DNA from: Cyanophora paradoxa CCMP329 | Taxonomy: Eukaryota; Plantae; Glaucophyta | DNA: 64,000 nt | Direction of reading: 5' to 3' | Assembly (NCBI GenBank): GCA_004431415.1 | Contig: QPMI01000679.1 | Span: 95,197 to 159,196 of the forward strand | In this document: positions 48,101 to 60,875 of the stretch, in pieces | Layout: each line of letters starts with the position of its first letter | Numbering within the stretch: the stretch's first letter is position 1 | The notes under the pieces: generated by a model | Told to the model about the DNA's origin: nothing | Seen by the model: the letters and a program-made list of their open reading frames with translations, nothing else | Databases searched by the model: none | Made by a program: the position numbers and the translations under genes

Positions 48101-50223
48101 GCTCTTCACCCGGCTGCGCATGAAGCCAGAGCTGGCGGTGCGTGCGAGGGGTACGAAGACGACGCCACAGAAGGGGTTACTGAACTCTAATTCCGGTGCA
48201 GGAGAAATACGGTACAGGTCGCGCAGCGGAGAACAGCTTTCAGGCTCTGAAGCAAGTGGCTGCAGTGCTGGAACAGATGGGCTCCAAGTCAGATGTTCTA
48301 ACACACCGGATGCTGAATGGGGGCAACGACTCTGGAGAGGAGTACCCCGAGGTGGACGAACTCGGCGCGACGGCATACAGGAGAACTACACGGAAAGTCC
48401 AACAGGTACGAGCAACGGTTATCGCAAATGCTCAAGCTCACGAGAAACTCAGCCAAACGGCGCGGGACAATTGGTCGATGTGGACATCGATGTTGAGGCG
48501 TATGTGCCTCCGCCATACACGAGGCGAAACAAGCCTCTATGGCTAGGCACACCTGAGCGGCCTATTCCGACACCCATCCTGTCCTGCTTGTACAGACGGT
48601 CCGCGTACCCCCCTTCTCTTTTCTTTCTTTTCCTTTGTTTCTTTTCCTTCTTATTTCCCTTCTCCCGCTGAACGTGCTCTGACTTGGGCGCGTCGCAGCG
48701 TGGCGAACACCGAGAACCGATACTTCAACGCGCTGAGCAATACCCTGAAGGCGAAACTGCACTGGTTCCCTGCAATGTCACGGGAGGAAGGAGGCTCCAG
48801 ATCGGTACGGGGGAGCATCGCCGTGGTCGCAACCGCGATACGGGACGCGAGGGCAGCGAGCCCCGCAGCACGTGCGTACGTCGAGAAGCTGGCTCGCCTA
48901 CCGCCAAACGACGGTGCACTGGAGTGCACGGCCACGCAAGGTGCCGCGCGCTGCAGCGTCTCCAGTCAAGTGCACCGGCTTGATGTACCGGGAACAACAC
49001 CGGAGGCAACAATGGTTATCCTCCGGGGCTTCACCAATCTCGAGTGGGACCACTGGCCGTGCGCCTCTTCCTTTTTCTACTTGTGGTTTCCTTTTTTCTG
49101 TCCATGGATATCAGTAACCACTCTTGCTGATTGCCTCGAGCTCATATATATCACGAGCAGAGTCACCATCAAGAGTCACGCCGCTGCATTAGTGCAGGCC
49201 CTCCTTCAGCTCTCGGAGCCTGTGCATGATATGACCTTCCACACGACCGCTGGCTCCATCTTCAAGGCAAGATGCCGAGCTGACCGCGTGCTCGAGATTC
49301 TTTTCTCGCCTCGATGGGGTCGGGTGGTATGCGCCGGGCACCACCAGCGCAGCCCAATGGACTGCGCACCATTTGTTGCGGTTGCGAAAGAATGGTTCCG
49401 CAAGCCGCTAGTGGCCGAGGAGGATCGGTTTGCTGACCCAGGTAGACTAGATGAGCTAGTGGAGCGGTGCAAGCAGTTTGTAGGGCCGCAGTTGAACTTC
49501 CAGTGAGCGTAGAGTTCTTGAGCGCCTTGCAATTTTGTGGAGCAAGTCAAATTTCGTCGATGTACCCCAGAGCCTTCGCTTTTAAGCCACCGAGCCCCCA
49601 AGTTTAGGGGGAATGAGTCGGGGGGTACCCCGACCTTCGAAAGTGAGGCGCGCGGCGTCGACGCAAAGCTCGCGCAAAGCTCGCGCATAGCGCTTCGCAG
49701 CGCGCGCGCCGTGCTCAGCCCCGCGGCGCCACGCCCGCCCCGCAGGCGACTTCGCCGCGCCCGCGCACGCGAGGAGTACACATCGCTCGCTTCATCGGCT
49801 CACCCGCGGCGCCGGCGGCGCGCTAGCTACACGCTTTCGCTTGTCCGAGGTTCACATCATCGAATTCTGCAGCCGTCGCCCCTTCCTCGGCCGCTGTAAG
49901 GCGGCGCGCAGGGATTCGATCTCTCAACCATGGCGTCGCCCGGCGGGCCCAGCGCAAGCAGCTCTGAGTCAGTAGGTACGTCCCGGAACCGCCCCTCGGA
50001 CCTGCCTGGGCGCGCTTTCTTCCGATCCTTCTAAAAAGCGTGTTTTCGGAGCGAAATTTTGGCACTATGTTCACTATGCCCGCCGGCCGTGGGCTCGGAT
50101 CTGGCCGGGGCCTTTTTCAAGCGATCGCCGGCGCCGCGTCCGTCGTCCGACGGTTCGCGCTGGCGATCGCCCCGGAGTACTCGGTACCAGGGCCTAGCGA
50201 TCGCCGGAGCGATGAGAAGGCTC
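45111..50223 (+). mobile_element. Non-autonomous Harbinger cargo element, unit 3 (cargo stop at 49506)
   Basis: Near-identical to unit 1, both TIRs present. Confidence 0.9.
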
Positions 50224-50377
50224 TCTGACCGGCGATCGCTTGCGCAGGAGCTGCTTCAAGTTCGTCGCACCAGCCAACGCCAACGCCTGCAGTGCGTGCC
50301 CGCCTCCCGTAGCGCTGCGAGCTTGCTCGCATAGAGATTCTCTATTCAATTGGATCGCTAGATCTGCCCCGCGCATA

Positions 50378-53300
50378 GAGCCTTCTCATTGCTCGGCGAT
50401 CGCTTTGTGTTCGGCGCCATACCCAGCGAGTCCGACCTCTAACAAAGAGCTGCTGGGCCGGCGATCGCTTCTGGGTTCTCAGTTCTAACGGTCGCCGCGG
50501 GCTTGACGTCCACCGCCTTCTCATTGGCCAAGCGATCGCTGCTTTTCGGTGTCTTATGCCCGACTGCGCAGCATGTCGACCCCAGGAGCACACTCTTTGG
50601 GAGGAAGAGATGGAGTGGACCTCCAGCTCATCTCCCAACCCCCTTCTGGCGGGCCGCGCGGCGGGTGGTGGCCTCGTGGGCGGCCTCGGGGGCGGCTCCG
50701 GCCTTGAGCTTGTCCCCGCCCCTCCCCTCCCCGGGCCCCGCCCCTCCCCCGGCCCCGCCCCTCCCCCGGGCCCGTCCCTCCCCCGGGCCCGCCCTCCCCC
50801 GGGCCCGTCCCTCCCCCCGGCCCGCCCCTCCCCCGGGCCCGCCCCTCCCCCGGGCCCGCCCCTCCCCCGGGCCCGCCCCTCCCCCGCCCCCCCCCTCCCC
50901 CCGGCCCCGCCCCTCCCCCGGGCCCGCCCCTCCCCCGGGCCCGCCCCTCCCCCGGGCCCGCCCCTCCCCCGCCCCCCCCTCCCCCGGCCCGCCCCTCCCC
51001 CGGGCCCGTCCCTCCCCCCGGCCCCGCCCCTCCCCCGGGCCCGCCCCCCCCCGGCCCTGTCCCTCCCCTCCCCCCGGCCCGGTGCGCGGCGCGGGAGGCG
51101 GCGCGGGAGGCGGCGCGGGAGGCGGCGCGGGAGGCGGCGCGGGAGGCGGCACGGGAGGCGGCGCGGCGGGTGGCGCCCTGGACGGCGCAGCGGGCGGCGA
51201 CGCTGGTGGCGCTGGCAGAAGGCGACAAGCACATGCACCCTTCGAGATCTGTGCGTTTCTCTGTGAAATCTGCACGCCGCCTCTTTGTCTTATCATGTTT
51301 GCAGATCTGGACCCCCAAGTGCATTATGTGGAGGACATCATCGTCGACCTGCCCCTGCCAGATGCTTGCGTGCACTGCGCAACCTGTTTGTGGGCACAAA
51401 GGGAGCGTTTCGAGGCCCCAAATTTCAGAGTTGTGTTGATTGGCTTGATGAGGTGCTCTGCAGCTCAAAGAATTGATCGAATGGAATCTAAGACCAACTT
51501 ATCCAGGTGACAGAAGCGGCTCGGCAAGCTCAGGCGAACGCTTGTCGGTTGCAGTTTCGAGGTGAACCAGCAAAGAACCGGACACGGACACTGGAGGATC
51601 TCCATGCTCTGAAGCACTTCATGAGCACTGTGCGTCCTCGATCTTCTTTAGCTTGAGATTCGCCATGAGATACTGCATTTAGGTCGCACTCGAATCGCCA
51701 AGCCTTCAGCGCACCGGTCCCGACCCTCATCCAGATGCTGATATAGCTGCTGGCGACAAGGAAGATACCTCAAGCTCTTCTCAACTCGATGAGCTCATTG
51801 ATATGGACGTAAGCATCTATCTATCTTGGCCAGTTGAAGCACGGCACTCACTGCAGGCACAGTGTGCATTTCTGGGCCTTGGCGTGCCAGGGGCGCACGG
51901 TGAGTTTGCAGTGGATACGGACCTTCGAGCCAGGCACTACGACTGGCTAAAGGCCCGGGTGACGAGCTTCTATACCAACAAGATCTACATCCGTGAGAGA
52001 CGACTGCGAGAGATAGATCTGGCACGTGTCCATGCCAGCTTGCCTCGTGCTTCTTCTGCTTACTTGCTGCCCGGTCAGGTCATCTTGTCTCTGGACTTTC
52101 AGGAGGGCAAGGATGACACAAGTACTAGCGATGACAAACGATCATACGCTGTTGAATCGAAGATGTTCCTATCGCTCTGGATAGAGGTGTTCTTCTACGG
52201 GCGATCGAGCAATTCATCACTCGATTTCTACAGTACGTCCCCTTCAAATCACTGCATTCTATTTTGAAAACCGAAATGTGATGCAGCCCCTGATGATGGC
52301 GAGATCCGCTCAGCTGCTGCTGTGCTCACACAGCTTCTGGCCCTGCGGCCAGGAGACGCTGAGTTGGACCGTGAGCCTGCACGGGCACAAGGTCTTGCAA
52401 ATGCTTTCATGGAGGTGCACGATGCTTTCATGCTCTGTCTTTTCGTAACATGTTCTTAATTTTATATTAGGTCACAAACGGACAGTCTGAAATCAACCTT
52501 CTGCGTATGCAAGCGACTCTCGGGCTCAGCCAGCAAGCAATGTACCTTGGCACGAAGGAAGAAATGAAGGGCCAGTTCCGCAGTCTCGCTCAATCAGTGC
52601 ACGCAGCACAGCAGCAGACACGGGAAGGCGAATCACTCCAGCTGTGGTATGCATCCGGGGGGGGGGGGGGGGCGGAGGGGGGTAAAGTTTTTTTTCTTAC
52701 CAATGGCGACGCAGGCTTCATGCATGTGTGGAGCTTGCAGCAGCAGCTGCAGAGGCCGCGTTGGTGGAAGAGTTGCCACGTGGGAAAGGGCGGAAGCGCA
52801 AGGCGCAGGACGATCTCGTGTCGTACCCGGAGGTGAAGAAGCTTCTTCGGAAGTGCAACGCGTACGGAGGCAACAGGGATGTCGGTCGTGGCGGCAAGAT
52901 TGCAAGCGATGTGCAGGTCCTGCAGGCTGTTCGGAAGAGCGGCAAGGAGCTTCTTCGCCTTCTTGCAGGGCCGGCAAGCAGCATATCAGTCGGCATTATC
53001 TTCTCAGACCTTGTCCGCAAATCGCGTTTTCGGCGGTGGGCGACAATTGCCAACCAGCTCATATTCAAAGGCCTTGTAGATCTAGCCAAGGCATTCGACG
53101 ACGAGGAGCACGGCAACGCAAGGCGGGCGCGAGCAGCGTGGGAGGCCGCGCGGCAAGCAGGTCAAGACCCAGGCCCGGCTCCCGAACAGGCGCCAAGTCC
53201 AATGGAGGTTCGACTACCCCCCCCTCCAACCCCCCCTCCCCCTTCGCTACGCGTACCCCCCCCCCCCCGACACGTGGAGCTGATGCGCGTACCCTGCCGT

Positions 53301-55488
53301 TCTCCACAGGCGTGCCACGAGGCAATGGGAAACCCTGCCGTTCTCCACCACGAAGCGCCGGCGAACGAGCTCTTCACCCGGCTGCGCATGAAGCCAGAGC
53401 TGGCGGTGCGTGCGAGGGGTACGAAGACGACGCCACAGAAGGGGTTACTGAACTCTAATTCCGGTGCAGGAGAAATACGGTACAGGTCGCGCAGCGGAGA
53501 ACAGCTTTCAGGCTCTGAAGCAAGTGGCTGCAGTGCTGGAACAGATGGGCTCCAAGTCAGATGTTCTAACACACCGGATGCTGAATGGGGCAACGACTCT
53601 GGAGAGGAGTACCCCGAGGTGGACGAACTCGGCGCGACGGCATACAGGAGAACTACACGGAAAGTCCAACAGGTACGAGCAACGGTTATCGCAAATGCTC
53701 AAGCTCACGAGAAACTCAGCCAAACGGCGCGGGACAATTGGTCGATGTGGACATCGATGTTGAGGCGTATGTGCCTCCGCCATACACGAGGCGAAACAAG
53801 CCTCTATGGCTAGGCACACCTGAGCGGCCTATTCCGACACCCATCCTGTCCTGCTTGTACAGACGGTCCGCGTACCCCCCTTCTCTTTTCTTTCTTTTCC
53901 TTTGTTTCTTTTCCTTCTTATTTCCCTTCTCCCGCTGAACGTGCTCTGACTTGGGCGCGTCGCAGCGTGGCGAACACCGAGAACCGATACTTCAACGCGC
54001 TGAGCAATACCCTGAAGGCGAAACTGCACTGGTTCCCTGCAATGTCACGGGAGGAAGGAGGCTCCAGATCGGTACGGGGAGCATCGCCGTGGTCGCAACC
54101 GCGATACGGGACGCGAGGGCAGCGAGCCCCGCAGCACGTGCGTACGTCGAGAAGCTGGCTCGCCTACCGCCAAACGACGGTGCACTGGAGTGCACGGCCA
54201 CGCAAGGTGCCGCGCGCTGCAGCGTCTCCAGTCAAGTGCACCGGCTTGATGTACCGGGAACAACACCGGAGGCAACAATGGTTATCCTCCGGGGCTTCAC
54301 CAATCTCGAGTGGGACCACTGGCCGTGCGCCTCTTCCTTTTTCTACTTGTGGTTTCCTTTTTCTGTCCATGGATATCAGTAACCACTCTTGCTGATTGCC
54401 TCGAGCTCATATATATCACGAGCAGAGTCACCATCAAGAGTCACGCCGCTGCATTAGTGCAGGCCCTCCTTCAGCTCTCGGAGCCTGTGCATGATATGAC
54501 CTTCCACACGACCGCTGGCTCCATCTTCAAGGCAAGATGCCGAGCTGACCGCGTGCTCGAGATTCTTTTCTCGCCTCGATGGGGTCGGGTGGTATGCGCC
54601 GGGCACCACCAGCGCAGCCCAATGGACTGCGCACCATTTGTTGCGGTTGCGAAAGAATGGTTCCGCAAGCCGCTAGTGGCCGAGGAGGATCGGTTTGCTG
54701 ACCCAGGTAGACTAGATGAGCTAGTGGAGCGGTGCAAGCAGTTTGTAGGGCCGCAGTTGAACTTCCAGTGAGCGTAGAGTTCTTGAGCGCCTTGCAATTT
54801 TGTGGAGCAAGTCAAATTTCGTCGATGTACCCCAGAGCCTTCGCTTTTAAGCCACCGAGCCCCAAGTTTAGGGGGGAATGAGTCGGGGGGTACCCCGACC
54901 TTCGAAAGTGAGGCGCGCGGCGTCGACGCAAAGCTCGCGCAAAGCTCGCGCATAGCGCTTCGCAGCGCGCGCGCCGTGCTCAGCCCCGCGGCGCCACGCC
55001 CGCCCCGCAGGCGACTTCGCCGCGCCCGCGCACGCGAGGAGTACACATCGCTCGCTTCATCGGCTCACCCGCGGCGCCGGCGGCGCGCTAGCTACACGCT
55101 TTCGCTTGTCCGAGGTTCACATCATCGAATTCTGCAGCCGTCGCCCCTTCCTCGGCCGCTGTAAGGCGGCGCGCAGGGATTCGATCTCTCAACCATGGCG
55201 TCGCCCGGCGGGCCCAGCGCAAGCAGCTCTGAGTCAGTAGGTACGTCCCGGAACCGCCCCTCGGACCTGCCTGGGCGCGCTTTCTTCCGATCCTTCTAAA
55301 AAGCGTGTTTTCGGAGCGAAATTTTGGCACTATGTTCACTATGCCCGCCGGCCGTGGGCTCGGATCTGGCCGGGGCCTTTTTCAAGCGATCGCCGGCGCC
55401 GCGTCCGTCGTCCGACGGTTCGCGCTGGCGATCGCCCCGGAGTACTCGGTACCAGGGCCTAGCGATCGCCGGAGCGATGAGAAGGCTC
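50378..55488 (+). mobile_element. Non-autonomous Harbinger cargo element, unit 4 (cargo stop at 54771)
   Basis: Near-identical to unit 1 with a few 1-nt deletions. Confidence 0.9.
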
Positions 55489-55642
55489 TCTGACCGGCGA
55501 TCGCTTGCGCAGGAGCTGCTTCAAGTTCGTCGCACCAGCCAACGCCAACGCCTGCAGTGCGTGCCCGCCTCCCGTAGCGCTGCGAGCTTGCTCGCATAGA
55601 GATTCTCTATTCAATTGGATCGCTAGATCTGCCCCGCGCATA

Positions 55643-58600
55643 GAGCCTTCTCATTGCTCGGCGATCGCTTTGTGTTCGGCGCCATACCCAGCGAGTCCGA
55701 CCTCTAACAAAGAGCTGCTGGGCCGGCGATCGCTTCTGGGTTCTCAGTTCTAACGGTCGCCGCGGGCTTGACGTCCACCGCCTTCTCATTGGCCAAGCGA
55801 TCGCTGCTTTTCGGTGTCTTATGCCCGACTGCGCAGCATGTCGACCCCAGGAGCACACTCTTTGGGAGGAAGAGATGGAGTGGACCTCCAGCTCATCTCC
55901 CAACCCCCTTCTGGCGGGCCGCGCGGCGGGTGGTGGCCTCGTGGGCGGCCTCGGGGGCGGCTCCGGCCTTGAGCTTGTCCCCGCCCCTCCCCTCCCCCGG
56001 GCCCCGCCCCTCCCCCGGCCCGCCCCTCCCCCGGGCCCGTCCCTCCCCCCGGGCCCGCCCTCCCCCCGGGCCCGTCCCTCCCCCGGCCCCGCCCTCCCCC
56101 GGGCCCGCCCCTCCCCCGGGCCCGCCCCTCCCCCGGCCCGCCCCTCCCCCCGCCCCCCCCTCCCCCCGGCCCGCCCCTCCCCCGGGCCCGCCCTCCCCCG
56201 GGCCGCCCCTCCCCCGGGCCCGCCCCTCCCCCGCCCCCCCCCTCCCCCGGCCCCGCCCCTCCCCCGGGCCCGTCCCTCCCCCGGCCCCGCCCCTCCCCCG
56301 GGCCCGCCCCCCCCCGGCCCTGTCCCTCCCCTCCCCCGGCCCGGTGCGCGGCGCGGGAGGCGGCGCGGAGGCGGCGCGGGAGGCGGCGCGGGAGGCGGCG
56401 CGGGAGGCGGCACGGGAGGCGGCGCGGCGGGTGGCGCCCTGGACGGCGCAGCGGGCGGCGACGCTGGTGGCGCTGGCAGAAGGCGACAAGCACATGCACC
56501 CTTCGAGATCTGTGCGTTTCTCTGTGAAATCTGCACGCCGCCTCTTTGTCTTATCATGTTTGCAGATCTGGACCCCCAAGTGCATTATGTGGAGGACATC
56601 ATCGTCGACCTGCCCCCTGCCAGATGCTTGCGTGCACTGCGCAACCTGTTTGTGGGCACAAAGGGAGCGTTTCGAGGCCCCAAATTTCAGAGTTGTGTTG
56701 ATTGGCTTGATGAGGTGCTCTGCAGCTCAAAGAATTGATCGAATGGAATCTAAGACCAACTTATCCAGGTGACAGAAGCGGCTCGGCAAGCTCAGGCGAA
56801 CGCTTGTCGGTTGCAGTTTCGAGGTGAACCAGCAAAGAACCGGACACGGACACTGGAGGATCTCCATGCTCTGAAGCACTTCATGAGCACTGTGCGTCCT
56901 CGATCTTCTTTAGCTTGAGATTCGCCATGAGATACTGCATTTAGGTCGCACTCGAATCGCCAAGCCTTCAGCGCACCGGTCCCGACCCTCATCCAGATGC
57001 TGATATAGCTGCTGGCGACAAGGAAGATACCTCAAGCTCTTCTCAACTCGATGAGCTCATTGATATGGACGTAAGCATCTATCTATCTTGGCCAGTTGAA
57101 GCACGGCACTCACTGCAGGCACAGTGTGCATTTCTGGGCCTTGGCGTGCCAGGGGCGCACGGTGAGTTTGCAGTGGATACGGACCTTCGAGCCAGGCACT
57201 ACGACTGGCTAAAGGCCCGGGTGACGAGCTTCTATACCAACAAGATCTACATCCGTGAGAGACGACTGCGAGAGATAGATCTGGCACGTGTCCATGCCAG
57301 CTTGCCTCGTGCTTCTTCTGCTTACTTGCTGCCCGGTCAGGTCATCTTGTCTCTGGACTTTCAGGAGGGCAAGGATGACACAAGTACTAGCGATGACAAA
57401 CGATCATACGCTGTTGAATCGAAGATGTTCCTATCGCTCTGGATAGAGGTGTTCTTCTACGGGCGATCGAGCAATTCATCACTCGATTTCTACAGTACGT
57501 CCCCTTCAAATCACTGCATTCTATTTTGAAAACCGAAATGTGATGCAGCCCCTGATGATGGCGAGATCCGCTCAGCTGCTGCTGTGCTCACACAGCTTCT
57601 GGCCCTGCGGCCAGGAGACGCTGAGTTGGACCGTGAGCCTGCACGGGCACAAGGTCTTGCAAATGCTTTCATGGAGGTGCACGATGCTTTCATGCTCTGT
57701 CTTTTCGTAACATGTTCTTAATTTATATTAGGTCACAAACGGACAGTCTGAAATCAACCTTCTGCGTATGCAAGCGACTCTCGGGCTCAGCCAGCAAGCA
57801 ATGTACCTTGGCACGAAGGAAGAAATGAAGGGCCAGTTCCGCAGTCTCGCTCAATCAGTGCACGCAGCACAGCAGCAGACACGGGAAGGCGAATCACTCC
57901 AGCTGTGGTATGCATCCGGGGGGGGGGGGGGGGCGGAGGGGGGGTAAAGTTTTTTTTCTTACCAATGGCGACGCAGGCTTCATGCATGTGTGGAGCTTGC
58001 AGCAGCAGCTGCAGAGGCCGCGTTGGTGGAAGAGTTGCCACGTGGGAAAGGGCGGAAGCGCAAGGCGCAGGACGATCTCGTGTCGTACCCGGAGGTGAAG
58101 AAGCTTCTTCGGAAGTGCAACGCGTACGGAGGCAACAGGGATGTCGGTCGTGGCGGCAAGATTGCAAGCGATGTGCAGGTCCTGCAGGCTGTTCGGAAGA
58201 GCGGCAAGGAGCTTCTTCGCCTTCTTGCAGGGCCGGCAAGCAGCATATCAGTCGGCATTATCTTCTCAGACCTTGTCCGCAAATCGCGTTTTCGGCGGTG
58301 GGCGACAATTGCCAACCAGCTCATATTCAAAGGCCTTGTAGATCTAGCCAAGGCATTCGACGACGAGGAGCACGGCAACGCAAGGCGGGCGCGAGCAGCG
58401 TGGGAGGCCGCGCGGCAAGCAGGTCAAGACCCAGGCCCGGCTCCCGAACAGGCGCCAAGTCCAATGGAGGTTCGACTACCCCCCCCTCCAACCCCCCTCC
58501 CCCTTCGCTACGCGTACCCCCCCCCCCCCGACACGTGGAGCTGATGCGCGTACCCTGCCGTTCTCCACAGGCGTGCCACGAGGCAATGGAAACCCTGCCG

Positions 58601-60721
58601 TTCTCCACCACGAAGCGCCGGCGAACGAGCTCTTCACCCGGCTGCGCATGAAGCCAGAGCTGGCGGTGCGTGCGAGGGTACGAAGACGACGCCACAGAAG
58701 GGTTACTGAACTCTAATTCCGGTGCAGGAGAAATACGGTACAGGTCGCGCAGCGGAGAACAGCTTTCAGGCTCTGAAGCAAGTGGCTGCAGTGCTGGAAC
58801 AGATGGGCTCCAAGTCAGATGTTCTAACACACCGGATGCTGAATGGGGCAACGACTCTGGAGAGGAGTACCCCGAGGTGGACGAACTCGGCGCGACGGCA
58901 TACAGGAGAACTACACGGAAAGTCCAACAGGTACGAGCAACGGTTATCGCAAATGCTCAAGCTCACGAGAAACTCAGCCAAACGGCGCGGGACAATTGGT
59001 CGATGTGGACATCGATGTTGAGGCGTATGTGCCTCGCCATACACGAGGCGAAACAAGCCTCTATGGCTAGGCACACCTGAGCGGCCTATTCCGACACCCA
59101 TCCTGTCCTGCTTGTACAGACGGTCCGCGTACCCCCTTCTCTTTTCTTTCTTTTCCTTGTTTCTTTTCCTTCTTATTTCCCTTCTCCCGCTGAACGTGCT
59201 CTGACTTGGCGCGTCGCAGCGTGGCGAACACCGAGAACCGATACTTCAACGCGCTGAGCAATACCCTGAAGGCGAAACTGCACTGGTTCCCTGCAATGTC
59301 ACGGGAGGAAGGAGGCTCCAGATCGGTACGGGGAGCATCGCCGTGGTCGCAACCGCGATACGGACGCGAGGGCAGCGAGCCCCGCAGCACGTGCGTACGT
59401 CGAGAAGCTGGCTCGCCTACCGCCAAACGACGGTGCACTGGAGTGCACGGCCACGCAAGGTGCCGCGCGCTGCAGCGTCTCCAGTCAAGTGCACCGGCTT
59501 GATGTACCGGAACAACACCGGAGGCAACAATGGTTATCCTCCGGGGCTTCACCAATCTCGAGTGGACACTGCCGTGCGCCTCTTCTTTTTCTACTTGTGG
59601 TTTCCTTTTTTCTGTCCATGGATATCAGTAACCACTCTTGCTGATTGCCTCGAGCTCATATATATCACGAGCAGAGTCACCATCAAGAGTCACGCCGCTG
59701 CATTAGTGCAGGCCCTCCTTCAGCTCTCGGAGCCTGTGCATGATATGACCTTCCACACGACCGCTGGCTCCATCTTCAAGGCAAGATGCCGAGCTGACCG
59801 CGTGCTCGAGATTCTTTTCTCGCCTCGATGGGGTCGGGTGGTATGCGCCGGGCACCACCAGCGCAGCCCAATGGACTGCGCACCATTTGTTGCGGTTGCG
59901 AAAGAATGGTTCCGCAAGCCGCTAGTGGCCGAGGAGGATCGGTTTGCTGACCCAGGTAGACTAGATGAGCTAGTGGAGCGGTGCAAGCAGTTTGTAGGGC
60001 CGCAGTTGAACTTCCAGTGAGCGTAGAGTTCTTGAGCGCCTTGCAATTTTGTGGAGCAAGTCAAATTTCGTCGATGTACCCCAGAGCCTTCGCTTTTAAG
60101 CCACCGAGCCCCCAAGTTTAGGGGGGAATGAGTCGGGGGGTACCCCGACCTTCGAAAGTGAGGCGCGCGGCGTCGACGCAAAGCTCGCGCAAAGCTCGCG
60201 CATAGCGCTTCGCAGCGCGCGCGCCGTGCTCAGCCCGCGGCGCCACGCCCGCCCCGCAGGCGACTTCGCCGCGCCCGCGCACGCGAGGAGTACACATCGC
60301 TCGCTTCATCGGCTCACCCGCGGCGCCGGCGGCGCGCTAGCTACACGCTTTCGCTTGTCCGAGTTCACATCATCGAATTCTGCAGCCGTCGCCCTTCCTC
60401 GCCGCTGTAAGGCGGCGCGCAGGGATTCGATCTCTCAACCATGGCGTCGCCGGCGGGCCAGCGCAAGCAGCTCTGAGTCAGTAGGTACGTCCGGAACCGC
60501 CCTCGGACTGCCTGGGCGCGCTTTCTTCCGATCCTTCTAAAAAGCGTGTTTTCGGAGCGAAATTTTGGCACTATGTCACTATGCCGCCGCCGTGGCTCGG
60601 ATCTGGCCGGGCCTTTTTCAAGCGATCGCCGGCGCCGCGTCGTCGTCCGACGGTTCGCGCTGGCGATCGCCCGGAGTACTCGGTACAGGGCCTAGCGATC
60701 GCCGGAGCGATGAGAAGGCTC
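55643..60721 (+). mobile_element. Non-autonomous Harbinger cargo element, unit 5 (cargo stop at 60020)
   Basis: Same sequence with many 1-nt deletions in its second half. Confidence 0.88.
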
Positions 60722-60875
60722 TCTGACCGGCGATCGCTTGCGCAGGAGCTGCTTCAAGTTCGTCGCACCAGCCAACGCCAACGCCTGCAGTGCGTGCCCG
60801 CCTCCCGTAGCGCTGCGAGCTTGCTCGCATAGAGATTCTCTATTCAATTGGATCGCTAGATCTGCCCCGCGCATA